From Octopus bimaculoides (taxonomy: Eukaryota), in the NCBI RefSeq assembly GCF_001194135.2, contig NC_068985.1:51232723-51265783 (forward strand): a DNA stretch of 33,061 nucleotides, written 5' to 3'. Within the stretch, counting starts at the first letter, position 1, and each line of letters begins with the position of its first letter. The position numbers and the translations under genes are program-made. The notes beneath the pieces are model-generated. The model was not told the DNA's origin and did not search any database. It saw nothing but the letters and a program-made list of their open reading frames with translations. Below, one piece after another: positions 11,762 to 24,585 of this stretch.

Positions 11762-11940
11762 GTTAAAAACAGCAGCCAATTCTTTATCAAATCACACCTT
11801 AATGTCCTAAAAGATGAAGGATGCTTTGGTTAATGTTGTTCTAGAAACACGGTACCTGTAAACAGGAAACAAATGGGATGACCACAGCTGGAATGTCTCT
11901 GAGTATAGGTCTGTTAAATCAGGGATGACTTATATTAAAG
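11762..11940 (+). repeat. Dispersed repeat family E
   Basis: a.atagcagccaa.tct...aatgtagtc...gatcatagg.ctg...ctggggttaaacaac motifs, also seen at ~985-1120, ~1605-1650 and ~13990-14180. Confidence 0.55.
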
Positions 11941-13069
11941 ACCACCACCACCACCACCACCACAACTAGGTGCAAAGAAGTACCATATACAATGTCGGGC
12001 ATATTGCTATCATCATCATCTGCTAAAAGTGTATGTGTATACATATGCATACAAAGATGCATATATATGAACACAATCTCTCACAAATGTAAACTATACA
12101 GGCATCTATATACCATAGTGCACATGACTATAAAATATATTTATATATGTGTGTTTATATACGTACATGCATATATTTCTATCTATTCAACCAATCAGCT
12201 TTCTACCTACTATCTATCTATCTATCTATCTATCCTATATATGTGTTCACACCTATATACTCACATGTATATGTACACACATCTGCAAAGATACAAACAT
12301 AAAAATATAAACAATTAACTTCCCGCCAATAGACCAGTTATAGCTCTGTGGAGTATTCATTTTCAAAACAAGGCCTCCATAGATCCAAACCCACTCACAG
12401 CAACACATGACCACCACAACAAATAAACAACAAGTGCCTCCAACTCCACCACTACCAAACCACCTTTCTTCTAACTAAAGAACACTTTTCCTATTGAATA
12501 ACAAAGGTGCTTTAAAATTAGAAGGAGATGGGTTGTACCTATCACTTTTCTTTTTCAAGGCCTCCCAGACTGATGGGAAGGAAGGAGCAAGTTATCTGCA
12601 AACTGGAGATGAGGCCTAAATGATTACAATAGGGTGAACTCTGCAAAAACCCTTCAGCCAAGGGTCAGGTGTGTGGAAGCAGGGAGGGCTCTTAAACTTG
12701 GAGGTAAATTAAGGCCGACACTTGAGAACAGAAATGGTTCCTCTGACAGGGCTTCCACACAGTTTCTGTCTACCAAATTTCCCTCAAAGGGTTTGTGCTG
12801 CATCCAAGGTTAAGCGGGAGGACAGCAGTCTCATTTTCAGGGATTGAACCCAGCATCATGTAGTTGTGAATCTTACATCTTACTTCTTAACCATGTTACA
12901 TCTTGATCCTCTCCATCACCATCACCCCCCCCCCCCCCNNNNNNNNNNNNNNNNNNNCCCCCCACTGCTCAACATTCTCCCAAATAGTAAAATCGCATGT
13001 TGATTACTACATAATATATTGGAAAACACTAATTGCAAAACACTTCATTATAATTATTAAATGTCAGTA

Positions 13070-13560
13070 GCTAATTACTGCTACAAACTACTACTACTAC
13101 TACTACTGCTGCTGCTACAGCTTAACAGTTATTAATACAGCATCTTCAGAAGCAGCAACAGCAGTACAAAAGCAACAACAGAAACCACCAAAAAAAACTG
13201 CAACAGTAAAATGCATTAATAACAACAACAACAATTTCAGCTGCAGAAATGCATCAACAACTGCAACATCAATGGAAGCATTAGCAACAACAACAACAAC
13301 TGTGACTATAGCATTGTCATGACCAGCAGCAAGGCAAAGACAACAACAACAACAACAACAGTTGGAGCAAAAAATATCGATAACTGCATCTCTAACAAGG
13401 TTAACAAGATGAAGAACAAGAACAACTTAAGTGATATTATCAAGAAGAACAATGAAAAGAAGAACGATTGCAACAACAACAACAACTACAACATCAATAA
13501 AAATACTCATAATAGCAACAAAAGCAACAATAATATCAAGAGACAAAGGAGAGTCTGAGT
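13070..13560 (+). repeat. Degenerate (AAC)/(ACT)-rich low-complexity tract
   Basis: A/C-rich triplet repeats. Similar tracts lie at ~14170-14320 and ~14750-14940. Confidence 0.8.
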
Positions 13561-13614
13561 CAACAAGTGGGAGTCACGAACCAATCAGGGAGTTCCTTAT
13601 ATGGTTTCTTGATC

Positions 13615-13980
13615 TATTCTTTACTCTTTTACTTGTTTCAGTCATTTGACTGCGGCCATGCTGGAGCACCGCCTTTAGTCGAGCAAATTGTCACCCAGGA
13701 CTTATTCTTTGGAAGCCTAGTACTTATTCTATCGGTCTCTTTTGCCGAACCACTAAGTTACAGGGACGTAAACACACCACCATCGGTTGTCAAGCGATGG
13801 TGGGGGGACAAACACAGACACACAGACACACAAACACACACACACACATATATATATATATATGTATATATATATAGATATATACGACGGGCTTCTTTCA
13901 GTTTCCGTCTACCAAATCCACTCACAAGGCTTTGGTCGGCCCGAGGTTATAGTAGAAGACACTTGCCCAAGGTGCCACAC
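13615..13980 (-). mobile_element. SINE family A (young-looking, head truncated)
   Basis: Very similar to 2473-2799 and 31680-31975. It explains ORF 13567-14049. Confidence 0.85.
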
Positions 13981-14319
13981 GTCAAACTTGCCTTAAATCA
14001 CCCAACTTCCCATTTTAAGAATAAAGGAAAGACACATTGGATAATGTAGTCTTAGATACACTATGTTGTGGAAAAAAGAAAAAAAAAAATACTGGATGGT
14101 CATAAATGGAAAAGTGTCTGTGATCATAAATATGTCTGGTTAACTAGGACTGGCCTGGGGTTAAATAAGAACAACAACAGCAACTGACTGCAACAACAAA
14201 AATGATGATAACTACAAAACAACTGCAACAAGAACAATGACATTACTGGCAATGAAGGTAGCAATGGTGGCAACAACAACAAGAAAAATAAGCCAAACAA
14301 TAACAGTAAAAACAACAAC

Positions 14320-14745
14320 ATCATTTAATGTCCATTTTCCATGGGTTAGATGTTTTGACCGGGACTGGTAAGCTAGAGAGCAGCACCTGGCTCCAGTCAT
14401 CAGTTTTGGCTGGGTTTTTAAGGCTGGATGCCCATCCTAATGCCAACCACTTTATAGAGTGTACTGGGTGTTTTATGTGCCTCGGGTAGGGGTGCCTTTT
14501 ATGTGTCACTAGCACTGGTGCCCTTTAGGTTTCACTGGCATGGTGCCTTTTACAATGTCAGTGGCATGGGTACCCTGTATGTTTCACCGGCACATGTGCC
14601 TTTTACGTGTTACCAGCACTGGCAACGACCTCAGTTCACTTAGCTTGATGTGTCTTCTCAAGCACAGCAAATTGCCAGAAGTCTTGGTCACTTGTTGATG
14701 CCTCCTCTGTGGAGCTCAGCAACTAAAGATCACCACCTCATCCCA
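14320..14745 (-). mobile_element. Family C non-autonomous retroelement with internal ~25-bp tandem repeats
   Basis: The family consensus (plus-sense copies) is gtggttgg..ttaggaagggcatccagctgta...aacccatgc.agcatggaaa...gttaaatgatgatg. Other copies lie near 1915-2030, 10058-10250, 10370-10505, 15570-15800, 25020-25260, 25740-25925 and 26520-26770. Confidence 0.8.
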
Positions 14746-15202
14746 TGTTTTCAAAAACAATAAAAAACAACAAAAATGAGACAATGACATCGACAACAAC
14801 TACTGAAATAAGAACAATGATATTAATAGCAATGATGACAACAACGGTAACAACAAAAAAAAAAGAAACAAGTCAAAACAACAGCAAAAACAACAGCAAT
14901 AGCGAAATCAACAACAACTATCACACCAGTTATTATAACTACTCTACGTAAGTCAAAACTGATGCAAGGATTCATCCACATGTATGTGGTTGAGTATTCC
15001 AAAAACATATGTACCCTTAATGTGCATGAATTCTTAGATGTAATCAATGGAATGCAGTGTGTGATAAGGTTAAATCTTGGAATTATAGGTTCAATTCCTC
15101 TGGTCAGGCTTCCTCAATATTTCCATCTACCCAATTTCACCCACAAAGCAATGGGTGTTGTAGGGGGTGGGGTGGGGTGGATGACAACCTTAGACTACAA
15201 CA

Positions 15203-15435
15203 TTAACTCTTTAGCATTTAAACTGACTGCTATATCAGACCTGAATATTCTATACAGTTTATGTTCAAACCAGCTAGATTCAGCCTCTCACACTTACCAT
15301 ACAATGTCATTCTAAAGATATACCATCACATCATTGAAATCTCAAAAGCTTCATGAGATAATGCTTGATTAATTCAAACCAATTTAAATAAATAAGCATT
15401 GTTTGACAGAGGAATCTGAATACTTAAAGGGTTAA
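15203..15435 (-). mobile_element. piggyBac-like MITE family D (best-preserved copy)
   Basis: TTAActcttta...taaagggTTAA termini. The internal sequence is shared with copies at 10604-10829 (+), 16897-17124 (-) and 20193-20412 (+). Confidence 0.75.
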
Positions 15436-16484
15436 AAGACACCGAAAATTCAAGTTTTCTTTTCCAGTTTCTTTTGTTTTGCTTTTCATATTTTAGAATT
15501 GTAATTTCATCTGAAAAAAAAACTGAATTCCTTAATGGAGTACAATCATCATGATCATCATTGTGGATATCGTCATCATTTGATGTCCAAGTTCCATGCT
15601 GGCATGGATTGGATGATTTCACAGGAACTGACAAAGCCAGAAGATGGAGCTGAGCTCCAGTGTTGCTTTGGTATGGCTTCTACAGATAGATGCCCTCCCC
15701 GACTCAAACCACTTTATGGATCATACTGGGTGCTTTTCTCTTTTGTGGCACCAGCACCAGTGAGATCACAAAGAAACTCACAACACAAGACTTCTTGACA
15801 GTGTGGGAGTGTTGTATTAGGGAAGGTGGCTTTATGGTAGGTGTACAGAGGCTTAAGTATGATAGAGAGATAGAGACAGGAACAGGTGTCTTGTCTTGCT
15901 GCTGAGGAGATACATGGCTACTCCAGCTAGAAAGGGAGACAAAACAGTGATGATAAGGTGTCAGAATGTACCCTCAGGTTACTATAGATATATAGTTATG
16001 GTATATTCTGTTAAGGACGTAGTAGAGTACAGTATAAAGCTCATTCACCTTCAGATTTAACCCTGTGCTATCCAGTAGTAATATTATACGTACTTCCAAC
16101 TGTAGTGATTGAAAATAGATGTCCAACCATATTCCTTCTTGTTGACTCCAAATTTTTTCAATTATATATATATATATACGTATGTTGCTTTATACCAAAC
16201 AAAGAGAATGGAGTGCTCAATACCTGTTCAATAGGATATACATTTTTTTTTTATTGAAACTGTAGCCGAGAGTTTGTATTATGATTTGAGTTTTACACTG
16301 CTGCAAACTTCAAGTGAAGCAATGTTTTGGATCAGGCATTTTAGGGATTGCAGTTTTTGTTTGAAGGTTGCAGTAGTGTGAAACTCAAGTTGTGAAACAA
16401 ACTTGTTGCTTCAGTGCTAGTAAAAAAAACTATATGTCTGACCTATGTGAGCATGGAAAAGTGGATGTTAAAACATTGATGATG

Positions 16485-16533
<49 letters not shown>

Positions 16534-16896
16534 TGTGTGTGTAGAAGACAATGGCAAGCCACCTCTGTATAGAGCCAAGAAAGTCTTTGCAGATGTTCCA
16601 TAAGGCCACGAGAATTCAAAATCTGATGTGAGAGTCCCTATTGTGTTTAATCATATAAATGTACAACTAGAGTGAAAATATTTATCTAGAAACAAATGTT
16701 AATTAAAGCAATTCTATTTTAAAATTAAAGTGATATTCATTGTGAATATATTGAAAACAACTTACAGAATTATTAATTTGATTCTTGCTTTTTTTTTTTC
16801 AATGACAGCTATATTTTCTTAATCAGACATTGAATACAATACTAAAGAACTTTGGAGTTTATGATGATCCAAAACGTCGATTTATGAAAATAAACA

Positions 16897-17124
16897 TTAA
16901 CCCAATAACATTTAAACTGGCTATATCCAACCCCCATATTCTACCTGTCTTATGTTCAGACTGGTTGGATCTGACCTCTCATACTTATTCTACAATTTCC
17001 TTCTAAAAATAAACACTCATATTATTGCAGTCTCAAAGCTATGAGAAAATGCATAATTAATTCAAAACAATGTGAATAAATCAGCATAAATAATTTGACA
17101 GAGTAATCTGAATGCTAAAGAGTC
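16897..17124 (-). mobile_element. MITE family D copy
   Basis: TTAACCC terminus and the same internal sequence in reverse orientation. Confidence 0.7.
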
Positions 17125-17651
17125 GAAAATGGAACTACAGAACTAACTCTGGACTTTATGCTGATCTAAAATATTGATTTAAGTGATTTTAGAAACAAAT
17201 TTTATGACAGACAAAATCTTTAGTGATCAATACTTAATACAAGTTTCTGGGAATAAATTTTTGCTGTAATACAGGTATTTAGGCAAATTGATCAAATGAC
17301 ATATACTGAAATTTTATTTGATTCAATTCCCCACCCACACAACTGTGATTTATAAAAACAAGTCAGTTTTGTTTTGATACCAAATCACCCAAAACTAGCC
17401 ATGGATCTAGGATACAAACTTCTTATTTTAAAGTAAACTAAATCAAAATATTCCATAAAAATAGCATATTAATTCACGTTTCAAATTCCAGTTTAATAGT
17501 GATAAAGTTATTTTACTGAATTCTTCCTTGTTAACAAAATTAATGAAAAAATAGTGTTTTTTAACAAGAATTCAGTAAGAAAAGGGTTAATTTTGAATTC
17601 CACTGACATTAATGCTTTCTCCCAAAAGGCCTTAGCTACATAAACAAGATG

Positions 17652-18050
17652 CAGGAGTGACTGTGTGGTAAGAAACTTGCTTCCTAACCATGTGGTTCTG
17701 GGTTCAATTCCACAGCATGTCACCTTGGGCAAGTGTCTTCTACTATAGCCTCAGGTTAACCAAAGTACCATGAGTGGATTTGGTAGACAGAAACTGAAAG
17801 AAGCCTGTCATATACATATATATGTGTATATATTTATGTGTGTGTGTCTGTGTTTGTTTCCCCATTACAACTTGACAACCAGTGTGGGTATGTTTACGTC
17901 CCTGTAACTTAGCAGTTTGGCAAAAGAGACTGATAGAATAAGTACCAGGCTTAAAAAATAAGTACTGGAGCTGATTCATTCAACTAAAAGTCCAAGGCAG
18001 TGCCCCAGCATGGCCACAATCTAATGTCTGAAACAGGTAAATGATAAAAG
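17652..18050 (+). mobile_element. SINE family A, full length
   Basis: Head, core, (TA/TG)n linker and 3' tail all present. Confidence 0.85.
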
Positions 18051-18294
18051 ATACCTAAAATGGTTTTGATAGCTTGGCTTATTTAAGGAAACTCAACAAT
18101 AATATTTATAAGAAGAAAACAGTCTAAACTATTGCTTTATTGAAGTATTATTGTTTCTGACAGCAGTTTCTAGAACATTCACTTACTGTTGTAAGTTTAT
18201 AGTTGGTGGACACATCTAAGACTTTTAGAAATTATCTAACATTCTGATGTCAATTTTAGTTACAGTAATCTCTGTATAATAATTTCATTTTACT

Positions 18295-19205
18295 ACAGTC
18301 ACAAGGCTTGGAATTCGAGCTGAGGGCAGTTGATTGCATTGACTCCAGTACTTGAGTGGTACTTATTTTATTGAACTCAAAAGGATGAAAGGCAAAGTCG
18401 ACCTCAGTGGCATTTGAGCTTAGAGTATAAAGCATCAGAAGAAATGTCACTAAGCATTTTCTCCAAAGCATTAATGATTCTTATTTCTTTACTGCCCACA
18501 AGAGGCTACACACAGAGGGGACAAACAAGGACAGACAAACAGATTAACTCAATTATATCAACCCCAGTGCATAACTGGTACTTATTTAATTGACCCCGAA
18601 AGGATGAACAGCAAAGTCGACCTCGGCAGAATTTGAACTCAGAATGTAGCAACAGACGAAATACTGCTAAGCATTTCGCCTGGCGTACTAATGTTTCTGC
18701 CAGCTCACCGCCTTAATGCACTCATGATTCTGCCAACTCACTGCCCTTAACCCATTAATGCATAGCATCCAGAAAAATGGATGCAGGAAAAATTACTATT
18801 GCTTGGTAAGTAAACTACCTATTGAGCTTATCTTTGGTATAGTCTGCCTCTAAACTAGTGCTCTATGAGTGAGCAAGAGCTGCATACAAACAAACCAGGT
18901 AAACACACATACAAAATAAGTAATAGTAATTTTTCCCGTGTCCATTTTTCTGGACGCTATGCATTAATAGGTTAATTTCAATATAATAATCCTTTCCACA
19001 ATAGGCACAAGGCCTGAAGTTTGGGGGAGGGGACTAGTCAATTACATCAACCCCAGTGTTTCACTGGTACTTATTTCATCGACCCTGAAAGGATGAAAGG
19101 CAAAGTCAACCTCAGAGGAATTTGAACTCATAATATAGTGGTGGGCAAAATGCCACTAAGCATTTTGTCCAGTGTGCTAATGATTCTGCCAGCTCACTGC
19201 CTAAA
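18295..19205 (-). mobile_element. SINE family B cluster (nested copies plus MITE)
   Basis: Three family B copies in reverse orientation. One (18481-18715) interrupts another. Confidence 0.8.
18751..18971. mobile_element. piggyBac-like MITE with long TIRs
   Basis: TTAA|CCCATTAATGCATAGC...GCTATGCATTAATAGG|TTAA, with imperfect inverted arms of ~55 bp. Confidence 0.85.
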
Positions 19206-19269
19206 TGTTGGCTAGTTGTTTGGTTGGTTGGTTGGTTAATTACTGCAATCACTTTTACATCGTATAGAG

Positions 19270-19624
19270 CAGTGGTTCTTCACCAGGGTCCATATGGCCC
19301 CTGAGGGTCCATATAAGATTTTAGGGGGTCCAAGAAACAAAATAGTAAATTGGGGACCCACAATAGTATTTTAAGGGCCCCTGAAAATATTTTGCTTTAG
19401 GTGTATTTATTGATATGTATTGCAAGGAACAGCTAGGTTTCTCTCTCTAATAATTTTACATAGTTCAACCTACACAATTTAATGTGTGAAAAACAAAATA
19501 GGAATTTTCAAAGAAGTATCTATAAAGCTAGTTGTTATACACCAGATGTCTATGGGGGTCCACCAGAATAAAATAAAATAGTAATTAAAGGGGTCCACAG
19601 ATAAAAAATGGTCGAGAACCCCTG
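19270..19624. mobile_element. hAT-like MITE
   Basis: TIRs CAGTGGTTCTTCACC / GGTCGAGAACCCCTG and recurrent internal ggggtcca motifs. The TSD is only partial (gtatagag versus agagagag, obscured by an (AG)n run). Confidence 0.7.
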
Positions 19625-20192
19625 AGAGAGAGAGAGAGGTGGGGGGAGAAAATGAAAAAGAAATAGTGAGATATTTTCTGAAAATTATACATTTTTTGCA
19701 GAGATAGATTTTCAATGAATTACAATGTGATTATGTTGATAAAATTTAGAAAAATATCATATTTATTGCAAATATATAAATGAGAAAATTGTTTAATTTA
19801 ACTTAATGTAATAAATATTTTTCCTTAAAAAGTTAGTTTTAATTTGCTCATTTTGTATAAGCACCAAGAAATTTGATAAAAGTTAAATAACAATTATTGT
19901 ATGTATGTATGTATGCCATATTTCCTAATCTTACCCATAATAGTAAAAGCTTACTCCCAAAGTTACGTGTCATTTTACAAGTAACACTAATTTTTCTAAT
20001 AATTTTTATTTCAAAAACTTGTATTTTAGAATTATAAAAAAGAAATCCATAACACACACATACAAAAAAATCACAGTTCTCTCCCAATTTGAAATTTTAG
20101 TACATGTTGAGATGTCATACAATAGCCATAGGAACACATTTAAGCTCTCTGTCCTTGTATTCAAGTAGAAATATATACTTTAAAGCCACTAT

Positions 20193-20412
20193 TTAACCCC
20201 TTAACATTTCAATTATCAAATATAATGCTTATTTATCCACAGTTTTAAGTCAATCATGCCTTATCTCATAGCTTTGAGATTTCAATGATGTAATTGTTTA
20301 TTTTTAGAATGTCAATATAGGTTAGGTGTGAGAGGTTTGATCTGGCCAGTTTGAACATAAAATAGGTAGAATATTGGGGCTAGATATGGCTGGTTTAAAT
20401 GCTAGAGTTTAA
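20193..20412 (+). mobile_element. MITE family D copy
   Basis: TTAACCCC terminus and the same internal sequence. Confidence 0.7.
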
Positions 20413-20885
20413 AGGATTTCATAAAATATTATAAATGCATGTAAATGAACATTTTTGATTGGCAGAAATTACAGATTTAGCTCCCTTAGTTTTTTTTTGC
20501 AAGCATTCAATGTTTTCAAAAGAAAAAAATATGGCTAATTATTATTTATAGAAGGTATGTGACCAGTTGTCTGTAGGTTCATAAAAATAGATTGATAAAA
20601 AATAGTTGAATGTTACTAAATATTTTCACTGAAGTTAATGCATTTTTGGTCTAAATAGAGCACTTTAACTGAATGACAACATCTGGTAAAACTTTCAGAA
20701 ATTGAACGTGGATAAATTGAAAAAAAAACAAAAGCAGAGGAAAGTGAACAAAAAAGGGAACGGGAAGAGGGATCAACACATGATCCCTACAAATACAACA
20801 CTCAGTCATAAAGATGACATTTTTTTTCAAACACTTAAACAACAAAAGCTTTGCTCATTTTCTTTGTTATTTTCTTTTGCATTCA

Positions 20886-22140
20886 AGTCTAGTTTTACTA
20901 AGTTTGTACACATCTCAGAGGTACTAAAGACTAATTTAAATAACCCCTAGTTCTATGTATTTGGTCTACATTTGAACAGAGATACTAAAGACTAAAATAT
21001 AACAACCTCTAGGTCTAATTATTTGGTCTAAGTTTGGACATATTTCAGAGATACTAAAGACTAAATAAATAATCTCCAAGTCTCACTATTTGGTCTAACT
21101 TTGTTGGTCTAATTTAGAGCCATTTCAGCAATAACAAAAGACAGAACATAATAACCTGTATGTCTAACTATTTAGTCTAATGTTGCACACATCTCAGAGG
21201 TAGCAAAGACAGATTTAAACAAACCTCTCAGAGGTACTAATGACTAAATATAACAACCTCTTGGTCTACCTTTGTACACATCTCAAAGGTGCTAAAAATT
21301 AAATTATACAACCTCTTGGTCTAAATTAGTTGACATCTCAGGGGTGCTAAAGACTAAATAAATATAACAACCACTAGCTCTAACTATTTGGCCTAATTTT
21401 TTACACATCTCAAAAGTAGTAAACAACCTCTAGGTCTAATTGTTTGGTCTAATTTGTACACATTTCAGGGATACTAAAGATTAAATAAGGAACATCTAGG
21501 TCTAATTATGCACATAATTGAGGTACTAAAGACTAAATAATAACCTCTAGGCATAACTATTTCATCTAAGTTTGTACACATATCATATGCATTAAAGACT
21601 AAACAAACAAGCTCTAGGTCTAATTATTTCATCTAAGTTTATATATATCTTGGAGGTACTAAAAACTAAATAAATAACATCCAGGTCTAATTATTTTGTC
21701 GAAGTTTGTACATAGTTTAGAAGAACTAAAGATTAAATAATAAACTCTAAGTCTAACTATTTATATACATCTCAGATGCAATAGAGACTAAATAAATAAC
21801 CTCTAGGTCTAAATTTTTGGTTTGAGTTTGTAAACATCTTAGAGGTACTAAAAGACTAATTTAAACAACCACCAGGTCTAACTATTTGGTCTAAGTTTAT
21901 ACACATCTCAAATGCAATAGAGACTAAATAAATAACCTCTAGGTCTAAATTTTGGGTTTAAGTTTGTAAACATCTTAGAGGTACTAAAAAGAATAATTTA
22001 AACAACCACCAGGTCGAGCTATTTGGTCTAAGTTTGTACATATCACAGACGTACTAAAACTAAACATACAATCTTTAGGTTTAATTTTCTGGTCTACGTT
22101 TGTACACATCTCAGACATACTAAAGACTAAGTATAACAAC
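20886..22140. repeat. Degenerate ~67-bp tandem array (about 18-19 units)
   Basis: Consensus approx. aaataacctctaggtctaattatttggtctaagtttgtacacatctcagaggtactaaagact. A ~136-bp dimer is duplicated at ~21770-22040. Confidence 0.95.
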
Positions 22141-22699
22141 AAAAGCTAAGAGACTCGCTTGTTAGTAGCAAAGTCATTTTCTAGTTGCTACAAGAGCAAG
22201 TTATGCACATTATTGGAGTCATACTTACATGTAGCACCGACTGTTAATTACGAAGTCACTACAATTACAACAGGGGAAGTTTGGTTAAATATATTAATGG
22301 TGTAGGATTATATTGACATGCAGGTGTACATACATGCACACGCATACACACATGAATGCACACATACATACCCACACACACACATACATATAGACACAAG
22401 TAGGTATGCACAAATGTATACAAACTTTTATCAATACGTCATTATCAAGGAAAGATTAGTTAAAATAATTATTTTCTCCAGAGATATAACGAATGGTACA
22501 ATGCATTCAAGTAGACATAGTGATCATATTTATGATATATAAATAATTATATATGTGCGTATGTGTAGGAAGGTGTGTGTGTGTGTATGTGTGTGTGTGT
22601 GTGTGTGTATAGATAGAACATTTTTGGTAACTCTATTGAATGGAGTTTCATTAATGACACTTTGGTTAGTAATACTGGCGGCATGACTTTTTTTAACAG

Positions 22700-23725
22700 A
22701 CAGAAATCAGACAGTTGTAGCCAATGGTTCTGGGGAGACACTTATCTGTAGTGGAGTCCCTCAAGGAACTGTACCGAGATCACTACTGTTTGTGGTGGCT
22801 TTCTTGGTCATGTCCTCAGTCAAACAGTTAGTCATTCTCATCAGCTATGCTGATGATACAAATGTATCATACTAGAACTACAAAATGACTTACATGCAAT
22901 ATAAATATGAGCTGATCAAAATAATATGCAGTTGAATGCTGAGAAGTTTCAAGCACTCCACTGTTATCCCACAAACAGACTACAATTGAAATACACAGGA
23001 CCTGGGGTGGTGTAATTCCTGAGTTAGAATAGGTAACTGACCTGGGAACCCATATAAGTAATGCTGCAACATTTCATGTGCATATTACGCAGATGTCAAT
23101 ATTGTGTGGGTGAACAGCTGGACAGATTCTCAGATTATTCAGAACCAGTAGAAGATCTCTCGCTACTTTTATGGAGAACTTTCATTCTGGTTCATTTGGG
23201 TTACTGCTCTCAAATGTGGTTACCATAAAGTGTCAAACTTGAGGCAACCCAGCGTCACTACACAAAGAATATTGACTCAGTGAAATGGTCAAACTACTGG
23301 GAGAGGCTAAAAGAACTGAAGCTCTACTCCATGGAGAGAAGGCAAGAAAGATATGCAGTGACATACAAGGGGACAATCCTGGAAGGTCTAGCTCCCAACT
23401 TTGGAATTGAAAACTATAGCAACCACCAAACTGGACAGCACTTCATAATACCAAAGAACCTGTCTTTTCTATCTTGAATAAGGACCCAGCATTGTAACAG
23501 CTTGTGTTCCAAGGGGCCACAATTGTTCAACATCCAGCCAAACAAGCTCAAAGATTTGTAAGGTGTAGATGTGGGGATCTTGAAAGAGCATCCAAACAAA
23601 TTTCTCTCTGAAATCTCACATGAACCCACATCGTAACAGAAGGCACAAAGAAGAGCGGATCCATCCAAATCACAACTTCACCAGAAACAGTACAAAAAGG
23701 AAACCCAAACACATTGAAAGGTGGT
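22700..23725 (+). mobile_element. Decayed CR1-like LINE, 5'-truncated
   Basis: SGVPQG (~22750), YADD (~22846), ERLKELKLYSMERRQERY and a GPQLFN-like motif, with many stops and frameshifts. Confidence 0.8.
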
Positions 23726-23902
23726 GTCATTGGCTGAAACTAGTAAAAGTTAGAATATATATACATATGTATGTATGTATGTGAGTGCACACGTGTGTGT
23801 ATGTATGTATATATATATATATATACATATACTTATGTATGTATGTGTACATACATATATATACTTATGTATGTATGTGTACACACACATACACACACAC
23901 AC

Positions 23903-23935
<33 letters not shown>

Positions 23936-24032
23936 TATGTATGGATGTATGTGTACATACATATCTACACACATACATACACACATATAAGCAAAAAGAT
24001 TTTTCAAAGAAAATTATCTTTTAAATACAATG

Positions 24033-24420
24033 CCTTTTTACTTGTTTCAGTCATTAGACTGTGGCCATGCTGGGGTACCACCTTGAAGAATTTTAGTTAA
24101 ACTAATAGACTCCAGTACTTTTTTTTTTTTTAAGCTCAGTACTTACGCTAGCAGGTTCCTTTTGCTGAATTGCTAAGTTACGGGGACATAAACACACCAA
24201 CATCAGCTGTCAAGTGATGGTGGAGGACAAACACAGATGCACGCGCACACACACATACAATGGGCTTCTTTCAATTTCCATCTACCAAATCCACTCGCAA
24301 AGCTTTGGTCGACTCAAGGCTATCGTAGAAGATATTTGCCAAAGGTGTCATGCAGTGGGACTGAACACAGAACCATACGGTTGGGAGGCAAAATTCTTAC
24401 CACACAGCCATGCCTGTGCC
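24033..24420 (-). mobile_element. SINE family A, full length
   Basis: Same motifs in reverse orientation. Confidence 0.8.
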
Positions 24421-24585
24421 TGCATATTAGTTCTTAATACATCCATGCTGACTTGAATGTGTAACATGCTAATCACTGTTGTGTTTCATTACAACAGAAC
24501 AACTTCTCCTTTATGATGAATATGTCTTCATAATGCAAGAGATTCAGAGGCATTCAGTGTTTTGACATTGTTATGCCTCATCAGC

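Noticed and set aside
13319-13558. Asn/Thr/Lys-rich ORF
   Set aside because: A by-product of a degenerate AAC repeat. No splice signals or domain.
13575-13605. CCAAT box followed by a TATA-like word
   Set aside because: Short motifs expected by chance in AT-rich DNA, with no downstream gene.
20768-20788. 8-bp hairpin AGGGATCA-acaca-TGATCCCT (similar small stems near 15962-16010 and 22158-22200)
   Set aside because: Too short and isolated to exceed chance without further support.
23750-24100. Overlapping Y/I/V/C/H/T-rich ORFs (also 389-769, 5931-6511, 11992-12318, 32181-32684)
   Set aside because: Translations of (TA)n/(CA)n microsatellites.
24540-24585. Minus-strand CTGATGA followed by a stem
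   Set aside because: The stem is followed by TCTGAAT rather than GAAA, so this is not a hammerhead.
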